From positions 672,001 through 736,000 of the forward strand of contig CAVZZA010000003.1 of NCBI GenBank assembly GCA_963779615.1: a stretch of DNA of 64,000 bases, in the 5' to 3' direction. The stretch is from an uncultured Nitrososphaeraceae archaeon (GTDB lineage Archaea > Thermoproteota > Nitrososphaeria > Nitrososphaerales > Nitrososphaeraceae). Shown one piece after another: positions 1 through 11,439 of this stretch. A model generated the notes under the pieces. It was not told the origin of the DNA and ran no database searches. It worked only from the letters and a program-made list of their open reading frames with translations. Within the stretch, counting starts at the first letter, position 1. Each line of letters begins with the position of its first letter. Both the position numbers and the translations under genes were made by a program.

Positions 1-197
1 CGAATGTTTTGTTGTAGGGATTATCGGAAGGTGTAAAAATCAATTTATTATTTTGTCCAAACGCGGTAATTGAACTGCTATCACTCAATGTGTAAGAGAC
101 AAGAAAAAGTGTAACTACATTAAGAATAACAAAGTAATTCACCATATCATTTAACCGAAACCTCCAGCTTTTATATTATTATAAACATAAAAATGTA

Positions 198-1553
198 TTG
201 ATAGGAAAGGTTATTTCTAAACCATATTTTGTAGTTATAGCTGGAATTATAATTGTATCTTTGTCCTTTGTTGACAATATTGTCGGTATTTCCTTCTTAT
301 CTTCTTACGACATACGTTCCTCATCGGCGGTTCTTGGATTTTTAACCCTTATTTTTCTCATCAATACCATAGGGCAAATTATTCTTGTTTCACACGTTAT
401 TAGAGAAGGTTTTTTAATACCTGCGTTAAAACTTAGAAAGAAATTTCGGATACTTTCGAATGCTGCAATAATTGTTTCACTTGGTATCAACTTTTTAGTT
501 TTTTCGTCTCTACTAATATCCTCATTCCAGAGTAATAGTTACAATCTATCACAATTTGTTTTTTTGGTATTTTATAACCTTATAGCATCCGTAATAATAA
601 TGGGCATTCTTGCTTACAAGTTTCTAACCTGGCTGGTTGGAAATAAAAACTTGGTGGTGTTTTTGTACATGTTTGCTTGTTTGATTTTTTTATTGGTAAT
701 CATATCTCTGGTAAATTGGTTATCAATACAATTGGAAGGGAAACCCGAAATTGTTTCCCCAGAACCCAACCCATGGGATAACAGTAGTTCAAGGATAAAC
801 GTATATTTTGACATATATAGGATTAGCTCTCTAATAATGTTTGGTTTTTTCTGGATGGCAACAGCCATGTTGTTAAAAAGCTATATTTCAAACCATGCAA
901 AGCAAATTAGCAGGAAAAAGTATTGGATTCTCACTGTTTCACCACTAATCTACTACATTATTTCCTCAGATTTTGTCCTTAATCAATTTAATTCGATTAT
1001 TTTTCAATATCCTTTCATGAGTAATTTCATAATATATGCATTTGGTGCCGCAAAACAGGTGGGGGGCATATTCTTCGCTGTTATTTTTCTGCTCATATCA
1101 AAAGGATTGCCTAATGGCAACCTAAAAAACGCTCTTATATTATCTTCAATTGGAATCATGATGCTATTCAGTAGCATTCAGATATCCATTCTAAGCATTA
1201 TACCATATCCCCTATTTGGATTAAACACACTCTTGATTATGCCGTTATCCTCATATCTTTTGTTGATTGGCCTATACTATTCAGCACAATCAGTTGCTTT
1301 TGACAAACAATTTTTAAAATTATTGAAACGAAACATTAAAGACAAATCATCCATGTTCCTTGAAAGCATAGGAAGTGCCCAATGGAAAAAGAACATGGAA
1401 AATGTTGTTGAAGGTGTAATGAAGTCCGACGAATTGACTGAAAATAAAAGTTATTCGGAACTTTCTGCTGAGGACATAAACAAGCAAATTCAAGAAATCA
1501 TGAAAGAAATGAAAGAGTCCAAGGAACGCCAACAAAACAAAGAAAAAAAATAG
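198..1553 (+). CDS. Multi-pass membrane protein (~10-11 TM) with conserved cytoplasmic C-terminal helical tail; Nitrososphaeraceae-type family, paralog 1 of 3
   Basis: 451-aa ORF (TTG start) with many hydrophobic segments. Its C-terminal block PYPLFGL...IGLYYSAQSVAFD...FLESIGSAQ aligns by eye with 7243-8619 and 25785-27140. Confidence 0.85.
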   Translation: MIGKVISKPYFVVIAGIIIVSLSFVDNIVGISFLSSYDIRSSSAVLGFLTLIFLINTIGQIILVSHVIREGFLIPALKLRKKFRILSNAAIIVSLGINFLVFSSLLISSFQSNSYNLSQFVFLVFYNLIASVIIMGILAYKFLTWLVGNKNLVVFLYMFACLIFLLVIISLVNWLSIQLEGKPEIVSPEPNPWDNSSSRINVYFDIYRISSLIMFGFFWMATAMLLKSYISNHAKQISRKKYWILTVSPLIYYIISSDFVLNQFNSIIFQYPFMSNFIIYAFGAAKQVGGIFFAVIFLLISKGLPNGNLKNALILSSIGIMMLFSSIQISILSIIPYPLFGLNTLLIMPLSSYLLLIGLYYSAQSVAFDKQFLKLLKRNIKDKSSMFLESIGSAQWKKNMENVVEGVMKSDELTENKSYSELSAEDINKQIQEIMKEMKESKERQQNKEKK

Positions 1554-1602
1554 AATCTGTTGGAAAGGGTAGTCACCCTTCTGATCCGATTTATTTTAGG
1601 GG

Positions 1603-3276
1603 TTACTTTATCATCATAAAGTAAGGGTCAACATCATAATAGTTTTTACCCGTAATCACATATGCGCCAATATCCCACCTATATCCTGGATCCCCTTCTA
1701 CATGAGCTTTTGTGGTAAAAAAGTCCCCGAAATTGTAATCATATGTATTCTCCTCATTTTTCACGGGTAACGGAAATGTACTATTAATTATCTGCATCAT
1801 GTCCCACTTATTGCTAGTGTTGTTAAATACCCCAAAGGCATGATTAAAGTATGTTTTATTAAAAAGATCGGGTTTATCCATGTCAATATAATAAGCACTC
1901 GCACCAAGATCTCCGTTGACAGCAGGGGAAGCAGCTCCAAATGTCCATGGCCTATTCTTCTCAGATATAAGATATTTCCTTTCGTATGGATCTTTTTTAC
2001 CAAGGTGAAAAGTCGCAGAGTCTACATACGGTATCCATGTTGTTCCATTATCAAAAGATCCCAATGCATTCCACATAAAGTTAATTGAGTTCCCTAGCAT
2101 CCACGCACTTCGTATACGGCTATCTGTGTTGGCTTTACACCACCAGGTTTCGAGATTTGGGTGACACATTTTAGGATCGTTAATGGCGGTCCACGGTGAA
2201 ATCGGTTTACTAATATTGATAGGAGCCGACAGATCGTTGTACCAAAAATACAATTTCATCGAACTTTCGTTTAATAATTGAGCGCCAAAACTCATAGGGT
2301 TTGAAGCACCATTTACTGGAGTTATCTGCTTAACACCCCTATCTAACACTACTTCATAATTAAAGACTCTGGTTGGATTGTCTATTGAATTTGCTAAATC
2401 ATCTAAAGAAAATCGTGTTATCAATCCATACTGTTTCCCTTCGTTTAAATCATAAACAGTAGTTGTCAAATAATAGAATTTATCGGTTACTGTAGTATCA
2501 GGATAGTCCAAATAAGATCTAGTAACATGGGCATTGTTTAACACAGAGGTAGAAATCAGGTCAAATACCACCCAGTTATGAGTATCTTTTGATACTGCCA
2601 ATCTTTCAATATTAGAAGGGGCACCAGCAAATAATACTGGGACACTTTGGCGAACCCACAAATAAATTTTATGGTGGGAATCATATTCAATGTGTTGGTC
2701 AGCCTTGAATAAAGGTACAATCTCTTCGCTACCCATAGTTGCATTCGATGGAATTGACTGTATCCCCTTAAAATCAAAATTAGGATCGACAGGTTGCCAA
2801 TCGTCTTTATCCATTATTCTACCAGTATAATGATTCCCGGCATAAAAGACAAGACTGCCGTTGCTTGCAAAGGTTGGCTCACCCACATTATCAAAGTCTT
2901 TATGAATATTCGAATCAGAATTAATCTTGTATTTCCATATTTTAGAATTATTTAATACTTTAAGGTTAACTGTTGAAGGTAAACTATTTTTTGTTAATAC
3001 ATTGTTTGGCAAACTAGAATTACTAGCCTCTAATTCCTCATTGCTAGAGTTACCCGTATTGGATGTGCTATTACTAGGATCAAAATCTAAAGGTTCAAAA
3101 CATGTTCTGAGTTGTGAACCATCCTCACTTTGGGAATAGGAAAAATTGCACATAGGCGCTGCAATTACCGTATAATGCTCAATTGCTTCAACCAGCGTAA
3201 CATTAATACTAACTAGAGTTAAAAAAACAAGCCCTATAAAAAAATAAATTGGCAATAGGATGAAGATATTTCTCAT
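1603..3276 (-). CDS. Secreted beta-rich hypothetical protein (possible beta-propeller)
   Basis: 557-aa ORF with an N-terminal hydrophobic signal/anchor, a Cys pair and a Ser/Asn linker, followed by an aromatic, beta-strand-rich domain (EPTFASNG..VFYAGN, DYPD, GDFF). No catalytic motif recognised. Confidence 0.8.
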   Translation of the reverse strand: MRNIFILLPIYFFIGLVFLTLVSINVTLVEAIEHYTVIAAPMCNFSYSQSEDGSQLRTCFEPLDFDPSNSTSNTGNSSNEELEASNSSLPNNVLTKNSLPSTVNLKVLNNSKIWKYKINSDSNIHKDFDNVGEPTFASNGSLVFYAGNHYTGRIMDKDDWQPVDPNFDFKGIQSIPSNATMGSEEIVPLFKADQHIEYDSHHKIYLWVRQSVPVLFAGAPSNIERLAVSKDTHNWVVFDLISTSVLNNAHVTRSYLDYPDTTVTDKFYYLTTTVYDLNEGKQYGLITRFSLDDLANSIDNPTRVFNYEVVLDRGVKQITPVNGASNPMSFGAQLLNESSMKLYFWYNDLSAPINISKPISPWTAINDPKMCHPNLETWWCKANTDSRIRSAWMLGNSINFMWNALGSFDNGTTWIPYVDSATFHLGKKDPYERKYLISEKNRPWTFGAASPAVNGDLGASAYYIDMDKPDLFNKTYFNHAFGVFNNTSNKWDMMQIINSTFPLPVKNEENTYDYNFGDFFTTKAHVEGDPGYRWDIGAYVITGKNYYDVDPYFMMIK

Positions 3277-3321
3277 ATTATTGGGACACTAGTCCGAAAA
3301 AATTCTATTGGAGTATATTAT

Positions 3322-3816
3322 TTAGTGGCCTTCCATCTCTCCAGTGGCTTCAGCATTTACACTATTCGTATAAACCATAATTTTGTTCTTTGTACCATCA
3401 TTATAATAGAAACCAAAAAGTCCTTCTATTCTTTGTGTATCAATTTCTCTAGAAACACCAGCAGGATCACAATTTACGAATGCATTATTTACAATTCGTC
3501 CAGTAAGCATTTTTATTTTATTAGTTACAGCCACTGTAGCGATAGTTATAGTTATCTCACTTCCGGTCGCATTTGAATAGAGCCACATATTATTTAATTG
3601 TCTATTGTCATAAAGACCAGCAGCAATTATTTGTGGCGCGTTATCAATAAGAGCATCACCAGCAGCAGGATCAATTGCAGTACCGTTTTTATCAAAACTA
3701 AGAAAATAAACACCTGGAGGTTTTGAACTATTTGGAACTTGGCGTCTCTCAAATGCAATAAAGGCTCTATCTTGAGCATCTCTTGCTGCAATTTTAAAAA
3801 TATTATTTACAACCAT
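3322..3816 (-). CDS. Hypothetical protein, co-oriented with the 557-aa secreted protein
   Basis: 164-aa ATG ORF with an archaeal BRE/TATA-like element upstream and a 45-bp gap to the next gene. Confidence 0.75.
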   Translation of the reverse strand: MVVNNIFKIAARDAQDRAFIAFERRQVPNSSKPPGVYFLSFDKNGTAIDPAAGDALIDNAPQIIAAGLYDNRQLNNMWLYSNATGSEITITIATVAVTNKIKMLTGRIVNNAFVNCDPAGVSREIDTQRIEGLFGFYYNDGTKNKIMVYTNSVNAEATGEMEGH

Positions 3817-3838
3817 GACATTTCATTTCTTTGGATTT

Positions 3839-3853
3839 TATTTAAGCTTTTTG
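3839..3853 (-). promoter_or_regulatory. Putative archaeal BRE-TATA promoter
   Basis: Minus strand reads CAAAAAGCTTAAATA about 23-37 nt upstream of the ATG at 3816. Confidence 0.5.
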
Positions 3854-4547
3854 TATTTTAAATAAAATTTTAATGAAGTAATACCAAAAATTGTTTTTTG
3901 TGTTTCATCTCCATATTTTTCCTATGCGTGATCCTGTAACCCACTTTAAATTTAAATTTCATTTTTTAATAACAGAAAACAATTTTTAATTATGAATTTG
4001 CTAATTAAAAATTATCAAAGAAAAAATGAAATAATATTTGGTTGGATAGATAAAATCTATTTGAAAACATCAAACCAATAATCATTTTTGATCCGTTGAC
4101 ATTAATATTCAGCCGACATTGATAAGACATCTCCAAAAACGAGTTATGCACATTTTCTTGATTCAACGGATTTTGAACAAAAGAAAAACTGAAATAGGGA
4201 AGCATGTGAAAAGTAAAGATATAGTGTTCATTATCAATCCAAGTCGGCCATTGGAACCTCATTTATCAACCATATCACACAAACAAACATAGAGAATAGC
4301 AAAATCGCTTGAGAGGGTCTAGCAAACCATCACACATAAAAAAATATGCAAAAAAATATAATCAATCTACAACAGCGATAGGAATGAAAGATCAGTCAAT
4401 CAATTGATTAGACAAATTATGCAATAAATCAAAAAATAATGCTTTTTGTCAAAACTTATTTGTATCCATTAAAACATTGGGCCTAATTGATAATGCGATA
4501 CGGTTCAAAAGCTATATCAATGGTAACTATAGCATTAAATTGGGTAA

Positions 4548-6003
4548 TTGGAAGAAAGAATAAGTAAAGACGCCTGGATTTCTTTGGTAATACTAAGCTC
4601 AATTGCGCTCATAACTATGTATGGGGAGACAATGCTCATACCCGCAATCCCCGATCTTGTAAAAGATTTTGAAATTCCATACAATACATCCTCATGGATA
4701 CTTACAGTGTATTTGATTACAGGTGCAGTGATGACGCCTATTGTGGGCAAATTATCCGACATCCATGGAAAGAAAAAAGTATTGTTGATAATTATGGTGA
4801 TCTATTCAATTGGCACTTTGCTAGGTGGAATATCCACAAATATCATGACTATGGTAGTTTCAAGGATAATCCAAGGAATTGGTATCGCAATGTTTCCTGT
4901 AGCTTTTGGAATTATCCGGGAGAAGTTTCCTGAAAAAAAGCTTGCAATAGGACAGGGAATATTCACCTCGGTATTTGCAGCAGGTTCAGTGGTAGGTCTT
5001 GGACTAGGAGCAGCCATTGTTGAACATTTTGGTTGGCGTATGACTTTTCTGTCAATCATACCATTTGCAGTTATTTTGCTGTTTATAATAAAAAAATTTG
5101 TTCACATCATATCAGAAAGACTAGCATTAAAAACGGAAAACGGGGACATTGATGTTAAAGGAACAATAACATTAATTGTGATGCTATCCTCATTTCTGGT
5201 TGCACTAACGTTATTACCTGGACTGATAACGGGTAACGAGAATAATAATAATTATAGTTTGCTGCATACCATTGCGTTATTCGCTTTATCATCTGCCTTA
5301 TTACCCACATTCATTTCAATCCAAAAAAAGTCCAAATCTCCTTTAATTAATTTACAATTGCTAAAAGATGCAGTTCTTCTTCCAACCAATATTTTGATAA
5401 TGACAATCGGCATTTCCATATTAATAATATATCAATCCTTACCGATACTGATACAAAGTCCCCATCCACTTGGCTTTGGAGGTGGTCCGGTTGAAGCTGC
5501 AAGCGTACAGCTTCCATTTATGATACTAACGTTGATAGTGTCTGTATCCTCGGGGTTTCTCATATCAAAGATTGGAAACATAAAACCAACAATAATGGGA
5601 TGTATAATAAGGTACTGTTGGATTTTTTTTGCTTTTCATCTACCATTCAAATGAATTTCTAATAGCTGTAGAATTGGCTGTTGTCGCCATTGGGCTATCC
5701 TTTGCCGAAATAGGTGCTTTTAACATTGTGCTGGTGTCAACACCACCGCATTTGAGTGGAACCTCACTGGGAATTACCATGCTATTGTTCCTTATAGGCA
5801 TGTCAGTTGGCCCCGCCATATCTGGAATTTATTTGGAGAGTTTTAAGTCGTCAATCAAAGGTATTGATGGGCATTATCCATCTAATTTCTCATATGACAT
5901 GATTTTTCTCACTGCTGTTATAATATCTATATTCTCAATAACTCTTACAATAATAGTAACAAAAAAAATGTCACCTGTGATTTCGCAGAAAAACCAATAT
6001 TAA
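4548..6003 (+). pseudogene. MFS transporter (DHA2/EmrB-like), split by one +1 frameshift (pseudogene or sequencing error)
   Basis: ORFs 4548-5654 and 5629-6003 join if one G is removed at 5611-5612, giving GCIISTVGFFLLFIYHS. MFS motif A is GKLSDIHGKK. Paralog of 13363-15039. Confidence 0.85.
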
Positions 6004-6018
6004 TTATGTAGGCATAAA

Positions 6019-6027
6019 TTTTTTTTT
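6019..6027 (+). terminator. Putative archaeal oligo-T terminator
   Basis: T-run about 15 nt after the MFS stop at 6003. Confidence 0.35.
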
Positions 6028-7242
6028 CCAAATGATAAAATAAAGTAATTTATTTAATAAAATTAAAAATGTTTTGTCACTGTATTCTACATTAAGCCAT
6101 TTTTGGGAACAGAAAATTTCAAAAGAACAGAAGGAGCATCATCTTTGTATACCCCTTATTTCATCCTTTTTTTAGCAATATCTGCTGGGACGAATATTTA
6201 TATGAATTCTTTTATGGACCAAAATATTCTCGTTCTGATCATTCCTTCTCAATAGCATGATCTTTAAAATAAGATCTTTTTTCGGTAATTATTTATCTAG
6301 ATTTGGTACAGGCAGTCAAATATCACAATATTAAAAAATATTTTCAAAATTGAAGATTCATTAGCAAAAGGAAGTCTTTTAAAGGCAATGAATATCCCCG
6401 GTAATGCATTTTTGCTATTTATAGTCTTTGAATCTATTACTAATCTCTCCACATTTTTTATGTGACACAATTCACCTCAAATTTTCTGTATGCCATCACA
6501 TATGCAAGCCGGTGCTTCCAACTGTAATACCCATACAACATTCATGCTCCCCTGATGCTTTTTTTCAGGTGGTCTTTATGCAACTATTCTATCCATTTTA
6601 TGGTTTTGCAGTCAATATGCTGGGGAATTTACGTTTATAGATAAAATCCTCGATAATTATCTCATTGTGTTTTAACCTTTCATAACCTCCGTATTCTTAA
6701 TTTGAAATTTTACTTTCTTAAAATAATCATTTTTTACTTGAATTCATACTATCTTTACATTATCCTGTCGGATTCAGTGTCAAAATCCAAATTTATTTAT
6801 ATATATGTACAAATACAATACATATTTTCCACAATGAAAAATGCTAATAGAATATCCTAACATTTTTTATGTATTCCCTTTTATTGTATCAAATGTAGCA
6901 TAGCAATAGTCTTGATAACTATTATGTTTATTCTTCAATCAGTACTATTGGTGCCCAGTGGCATCTAGAACTATACTCAAATCTTTGTTATCAAAAAATG
7001 TAATCGTAAAACCCGGAGACAATTTATTTAAGAAAATGGCCATACCCGATTTTCTATTATATCTATTATTATTGAAATTACCGTAGAGACAATAAATAAA
7101 TCATATCTCTAACAAGACACAGTCATAACTGAATCCAGTTTAAATTTATGCTGTTAATAAAGTTTTAAGTTAATCCTACCAATTTGTTTTTTTCTTTAGG
7201 ATGTTTCTAACTAGACTAGGACTAGTAGCCCTCCAATTATTT

Positions 7243-8619
7243 CTATGCCATAATGGCACGTTCTTTATCTTTCTTTATTTATTTCCTTTAACACATCATC
7301 CGCATAATGTTTTGCCTCGTCTGCTGAGAGTGATGGTTTTATCCCAGTTTGTTCAGTTATAGCCTCTGTCAGACTTATGACCTTTCTCTCTAATTCCTGA
7401 TGCATCTGAGTGTACCTAGGCTGTCAAGCAACTTTGTCTCATCCAATATAGTTCTCTTTATTTCACGGCGTAACTCAGAATCCTGTGCCACTGTTACGGC
7501 GGAGTTCAACAGTCCAACCAAGAGTAGGAATGCAGATAGTGGCACGAAAGAGATGCTAATAAGCCCAAATGGAGGAATTCCTGCAGCGGCCACTGTAGAG
7601 TTAGCCGCAATAAAATAAAATACTATGCCATATGCAGCTGCAAACATATACTCTCTTATACTGCGAGAAGTTTTTACAAGCCGTCCTACAGATCGAAAGC
7701 CAATACCATTTAGGGTTCCAAGGAAGGTTGTAAATACGATAATAAGGAACATCTCTATTGCAGGTGTTTCTGTTTTACTAATAGTTGAGCTCATTTGATA
7801 CAACTCGTCATAAGCGGAAATATATATAACATAAAAAGTAATTATAGGCACGGTTATGAGAAACCAAAATAATGGTTTTCCTACCCTTTTAATATTGTAG
7901 CGTAGAAGAACTATACTTCCACACCACATCAAAATGATGTAGGCGAATTGGGAATATGTTTGGAAATTAATGATAAAACACTTGAATGGATTTTTATCAC
8001 ACTCAAAATTGAATTCAACAGCAGAATCCCCTGTAAACATCAGGGGCTTTTCTACTAATAACTGCTCAAACAAAATGGCAGAACCTATTGCATTAATGGT
8101 AAAGCATGTGGCAGCTAGTCCATAGATCAAGATTATGGGAGATTTCTTTATTTTAAACCACCTGAGCAATTTACATGCAAGAAAACCCATTAATACAGAA
8201 GTAAAACCATAAGCGATTATAACAACTGCCGATATCATATGAATATAATATTGTGAGTAAATATAGATCTGTAAAATGCTTACAACAACAAGGCCAGTTA
8301 AAAGATACAAAACCATCGTCATTGCTTTTTGTAATAGGATAATTTGTGAGTCTTTTACTTTATATTCAGATAATCGTGCTTTGGTTATGGATAAAATGAT
8401 ATACTGACCTAAAAAACATAATATAGCAATAACAGAAAATGATAATACTCCCAATGACGAGGAGGCGTGTAGTTTGAATGTATCGAGGGCACTGCTAATA
8501 TAGTAGTCGACTAGAAGCGCAGCCAAGATAATTAATGAAATTACAAAAAATCTTCTGCTGTCATAGTGTAAAGAACATATATTACCAAGATAGCGATTGT
8601 GAAAGATCAAATTCACCAT
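7243..8619 (-). pseudogene. Multi-pass membrane receptor-like protein, paralog 2 of 3; 1-nt deletion near the C-terminus
   Basis: ORF 7390-8619 reads ...LLDSLGT. The family tail continues in another frame as (A)QMHQELERKVISLTEAITEQTGIKPSLSADEAKHYADDVLKEII to a TAG at 7243-7245. One base is missing near 7410. Confidence 0.8.
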
Positions 8620-8690
8620 TACCTGAGTACGACTTGACTTATCATATGATTAAAAGATATTGGTTGAACACCGATTAATATATAATAACT

Positions 8691-9513
8691 GAGTCTATCC
8701 CAAAATTCTATGGAATTATAGCTTGTTTTGATCACTGCTAAAGTGTGCCTGTTTCCAAAAGGAGAGGGATAAAAAGGATGATTGCACTATACTCAATATT
8801 CCAGGAGAACTATAGGATGAAATATAAATCATTTTACCAAAGGAGAAACCGCCTAAACAATAGGCCGACCAATCATACCCTTCAGAAAAGTAATTGATGG
8901 TGTCCTATACATCCTAAGAACTGAATGTCAGTGGAAGTTGCTGCCTGCAGAGATGGCTCTGGTTTCACATGTCACAGAAGATTTCAGGAGTGGGTCGGGT
9001 TAGACTTTTCAAAAAGGTGTGGAGTAGAGAAGCAAACTGGGCACAAAAAGGCATATTTTAGCGGCTACAAAGGAATCCCACTCTCAGTTGTCATGTCTTC
9101 CGCAAGCACTCATGATATAAAAATGGTAACAGATGTAATGGATAATATAATTATCAAACGATCATCATCATTAACAAAACATAACTTATACAGAATAAGA
9201 AAACTACAACACCTATGACTTGATAAGGCGTACGATTCCAAGACAGCAAAACAGGAAATCATCAGCCAAGGATATGTGCCACATTTACCGTACAGGAGAA
9301 AAAGAGGGGAAGTCAAGACAGAAACACAAAAGATGTCAAATCGAAAAAAAACACCTTGCTAGAAGGTTGGTTGTGGAAAGAACCAACTCATGGCACAATC
9401 GATTTAGAAAACTGTACACAAGATATGAAAAGAAAGTAGGGAATTATCTTGGCTTGGTACAGTTCTCATGTTGTATCATCATCTACAGAAAGATGATTTT
9501 GGGATTAGGCTAA
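8691..9513 (+). mobile_element. Degenerate IS5-family element (IS427/IS1031-like), internally deleted and frameshifted transposase
   Basis: Imperfect terminal IRs: GAGTCTATCCCAAAAT at 8691 and ATTTTGGGATTAGGC near 9510. Transposase fragments: YILRTECQW, TCHRRFQEW, SKLGTKRHIL, GIPLSVVMSSASTHD, VVERTNSWHNRFRKLYTRYEKK. The segment carrying the first catalytic Asp appears to be missing. Confidence 0.9.
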
Positions 9514-9892
9514 GTCATCATCCCAATCTTTATGATAGAATTCAATGATAGAATTCAATGAAGATTTACAAACGTGTCATTTTTATTTTATTATCTGATA
9601 TGCATTATTAGTTAGAGGCATTAAGCAGAAAGATGCTCTTTTAGGTTATACTTAATGAATGACATAATTCGTAATTACAGAAGTAATGTCTTTGTATTTG
9701 CATTTCTACTACCATAAGTAAAGTATATGGATCTTTAATTATTGGAATTAGTTAATATCGCCATAGAAGAAAATCATTACACACATTTAAAATATCAATA
9801 GAAATCCAACCTGTGTTTTATAAAATCCTATGAATAGCAAATAGATATCAGTCGTAAATAGAATTTGTATGTTCTCTCCTGAAGGTCCAAAA

Positions 9893-10048
9893 TTAATTTT
9901 CCATCCTAAAAATCCGTGCATCAGTGGACAAGTAATTTATAACAGGATCTACACTAACAAATTGCATATCCTGCTTTCTTTCCCAATAAGCAAATCTGTA
10001 CTCATTGTTTTCCAAATCCAGATGATGTGTTTTTAAATCTACATACAT
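9893..10048 (-). CDS. Putative small protein (51 aa) downstream of the ATP-grasp gene
   Basis: Hand translation: MYVDLKTHHLDLENNEYRFAYWERKQDMQFVSVDPVINYLSTDARIFRMEN*. GGGAG lies 3 nt upstream of the ATG. No family recognised. Confidence 0.35.
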   Translation of the reverse strand: MYVDLKTHHLDLENNEYRFAYWERKQDMQFVSVDPVINYLSTDARIFRMEN

Positions 10049-10300
10049 ATTCTCCCAATATTTTAAATATTAAATTTGAGATAAAGAAGGATTGATTGAA
10101 CCAACAATTGTGAGCTTGGCTAATAATGCCCTACTATACCATTTGCGAATTTGAACGATAATTCACCGTTTGGTAAAATCTAGTTCATTCATTCTACTTA
10201 TAACGGAAGCTTACCGAATCCTACTTCTTTTTGATCTAATCCTTTAACTACCATAAAGATTCCACAATTTTCCCAATTATTTTCGCAAACCAAATACCGC

Positions 10301-11425
10301 CTAATGAGAATTGGAATTCGATTCAGAAGACATTGTAGACTCTATTAAATCAACCAATGCTTTGGTTATTGGAAGGTTCGTTTGTCGTTCTATCCACACC
10401 CAGTCTCCCGTGGGGTTGACCTCCAAGAAATAGGGTTTTTCATTTACATCCAGTATAAAGTCAATGGCACCATATTTGAGACCGAGCAGTCTAATGAATC
10501 GGACACAGATTGAGTGAAATTCCTTTTGGAGATGGACAGGCCTCTTATGGAGCTGTGAAATGGGGTAACGATGTAAAACATCTCCACCTTTAGCCCCTGA
10601 TTCAAATTTTATCTCACTTGCAAATACTTTATCATCCACTACTGTTACTCTCAATTCAGAGGTTTTATGTATTCTTTCTTGTAGTATACAAGGAGCGTGA
10701 ACTAGATCATTAAATTTCAAGAGGTCGTTGTGATTTAGGACGTGTGTGTAAATGGAATACAACTCACCATTTGTTTCAATATCATGATGATGTAAGACTT
10801 TTACTACCATATTTTCATTACAAGTATGATAAAATCTGGATGCCTCATTTGGGTCATTTGTAATAAGCGTTGATGGAATGTTGAAACCCACGTTCTTTGC
10901 AGAAAGAAGTTGATTTACACGACTACTACTATGATACATGCTATCAAGGCTATTTATCCATGTACATTTCAGTAAACCATACAGGGTTTGCAATGCATCA
11001 TGCCATTGCTGAAAGGCAAATGTGGAATTTAGTTGGCGGCCATCATAACTTTTCAAAGCGAAATCAAAATTGCGTAGCCATACAACTGAAATATCTGACA
11101 CATTTATAACTGAGTCGCCTATTTTAATTTGAAATAGTGGTTCAGAAGCCTGCGATATGTTATAACAGATACTAAAAGAATGAGGTATATCTTCAATGTT
11201 TAAGCGCAGGTAATCAATACCTCGACGGAGAAGTTCGGTACCCACAATATCTGCTTCAAGGTCCATAATACTGCTTAAGATTAACACTTTCGAAGAAAAA
11301 AGACCACATTCAGGAAATATCTTTACCTTTGTGGTCAGGAAATCCCTAAAGTCAGTAGATAACGTTTCTTCGGGTTTTTTTTCAATTTTATCTACAAAGT
11401 GACAAAGAAATGGAATGCCTGGCAA
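10301..11425 (-). CDS. ATP-grasp ligase, MvdC/MvdD (graspetide synthetase)/RimK-like peptide maturase
   Basis: Motifs VWLR, QLLSAKNVGFNIPSTLITND, ILQERIHKTSELRVTVV, YGAIDF and FLEVNPTGDWVWIE are typical of MvdD-like peptide ligases. The catalytic domain begins near GTG 11287, with a 46-aa extension from TTG 11425. Confidence 0.88.
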   Translation of the reverse strand: MPGIPFLCHFVDKIEKKPEETLSTDFRDFLTTKVKIFPECGLFSSKVLILSSIMDLEADIVGTELLRRGIDYLRLNIEDIPHSFSICYNISQASEPLFQIKIGDSVINVSDISVVWLRNFDFALKSYDGRQLNSTFAFQQWHDALQTLYGLLKCTWINSLDSMYHSSSRVNQLLSAKNVGFNIPSTLITNDPNEASRFYHTCNENMVVKVLHHHDIETNGELYSIYTHVLNHNDLLKFNDLVHAPCILQERIHKTSELRVTVVDDKVFASEIKFESGAKGGDVLHRYPISQLHKRPVHLQKEFHSICVRFIRLLGLKYGAIDFILDVNEKPYFLEVNPTGDWVWIERQTNLPITKALVDLIESTMSSESNSNSH

Positions 11426-11439
11426 TAGTCAGTCATCAA

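Noticed and set aside
9532-9557. 13-bp tandem duplication ATGATAGAATTCA next to the IS right end
   Set aside because: Only two copies, not flanking the element, so it is likely local slippage rather than a target-site duplication.
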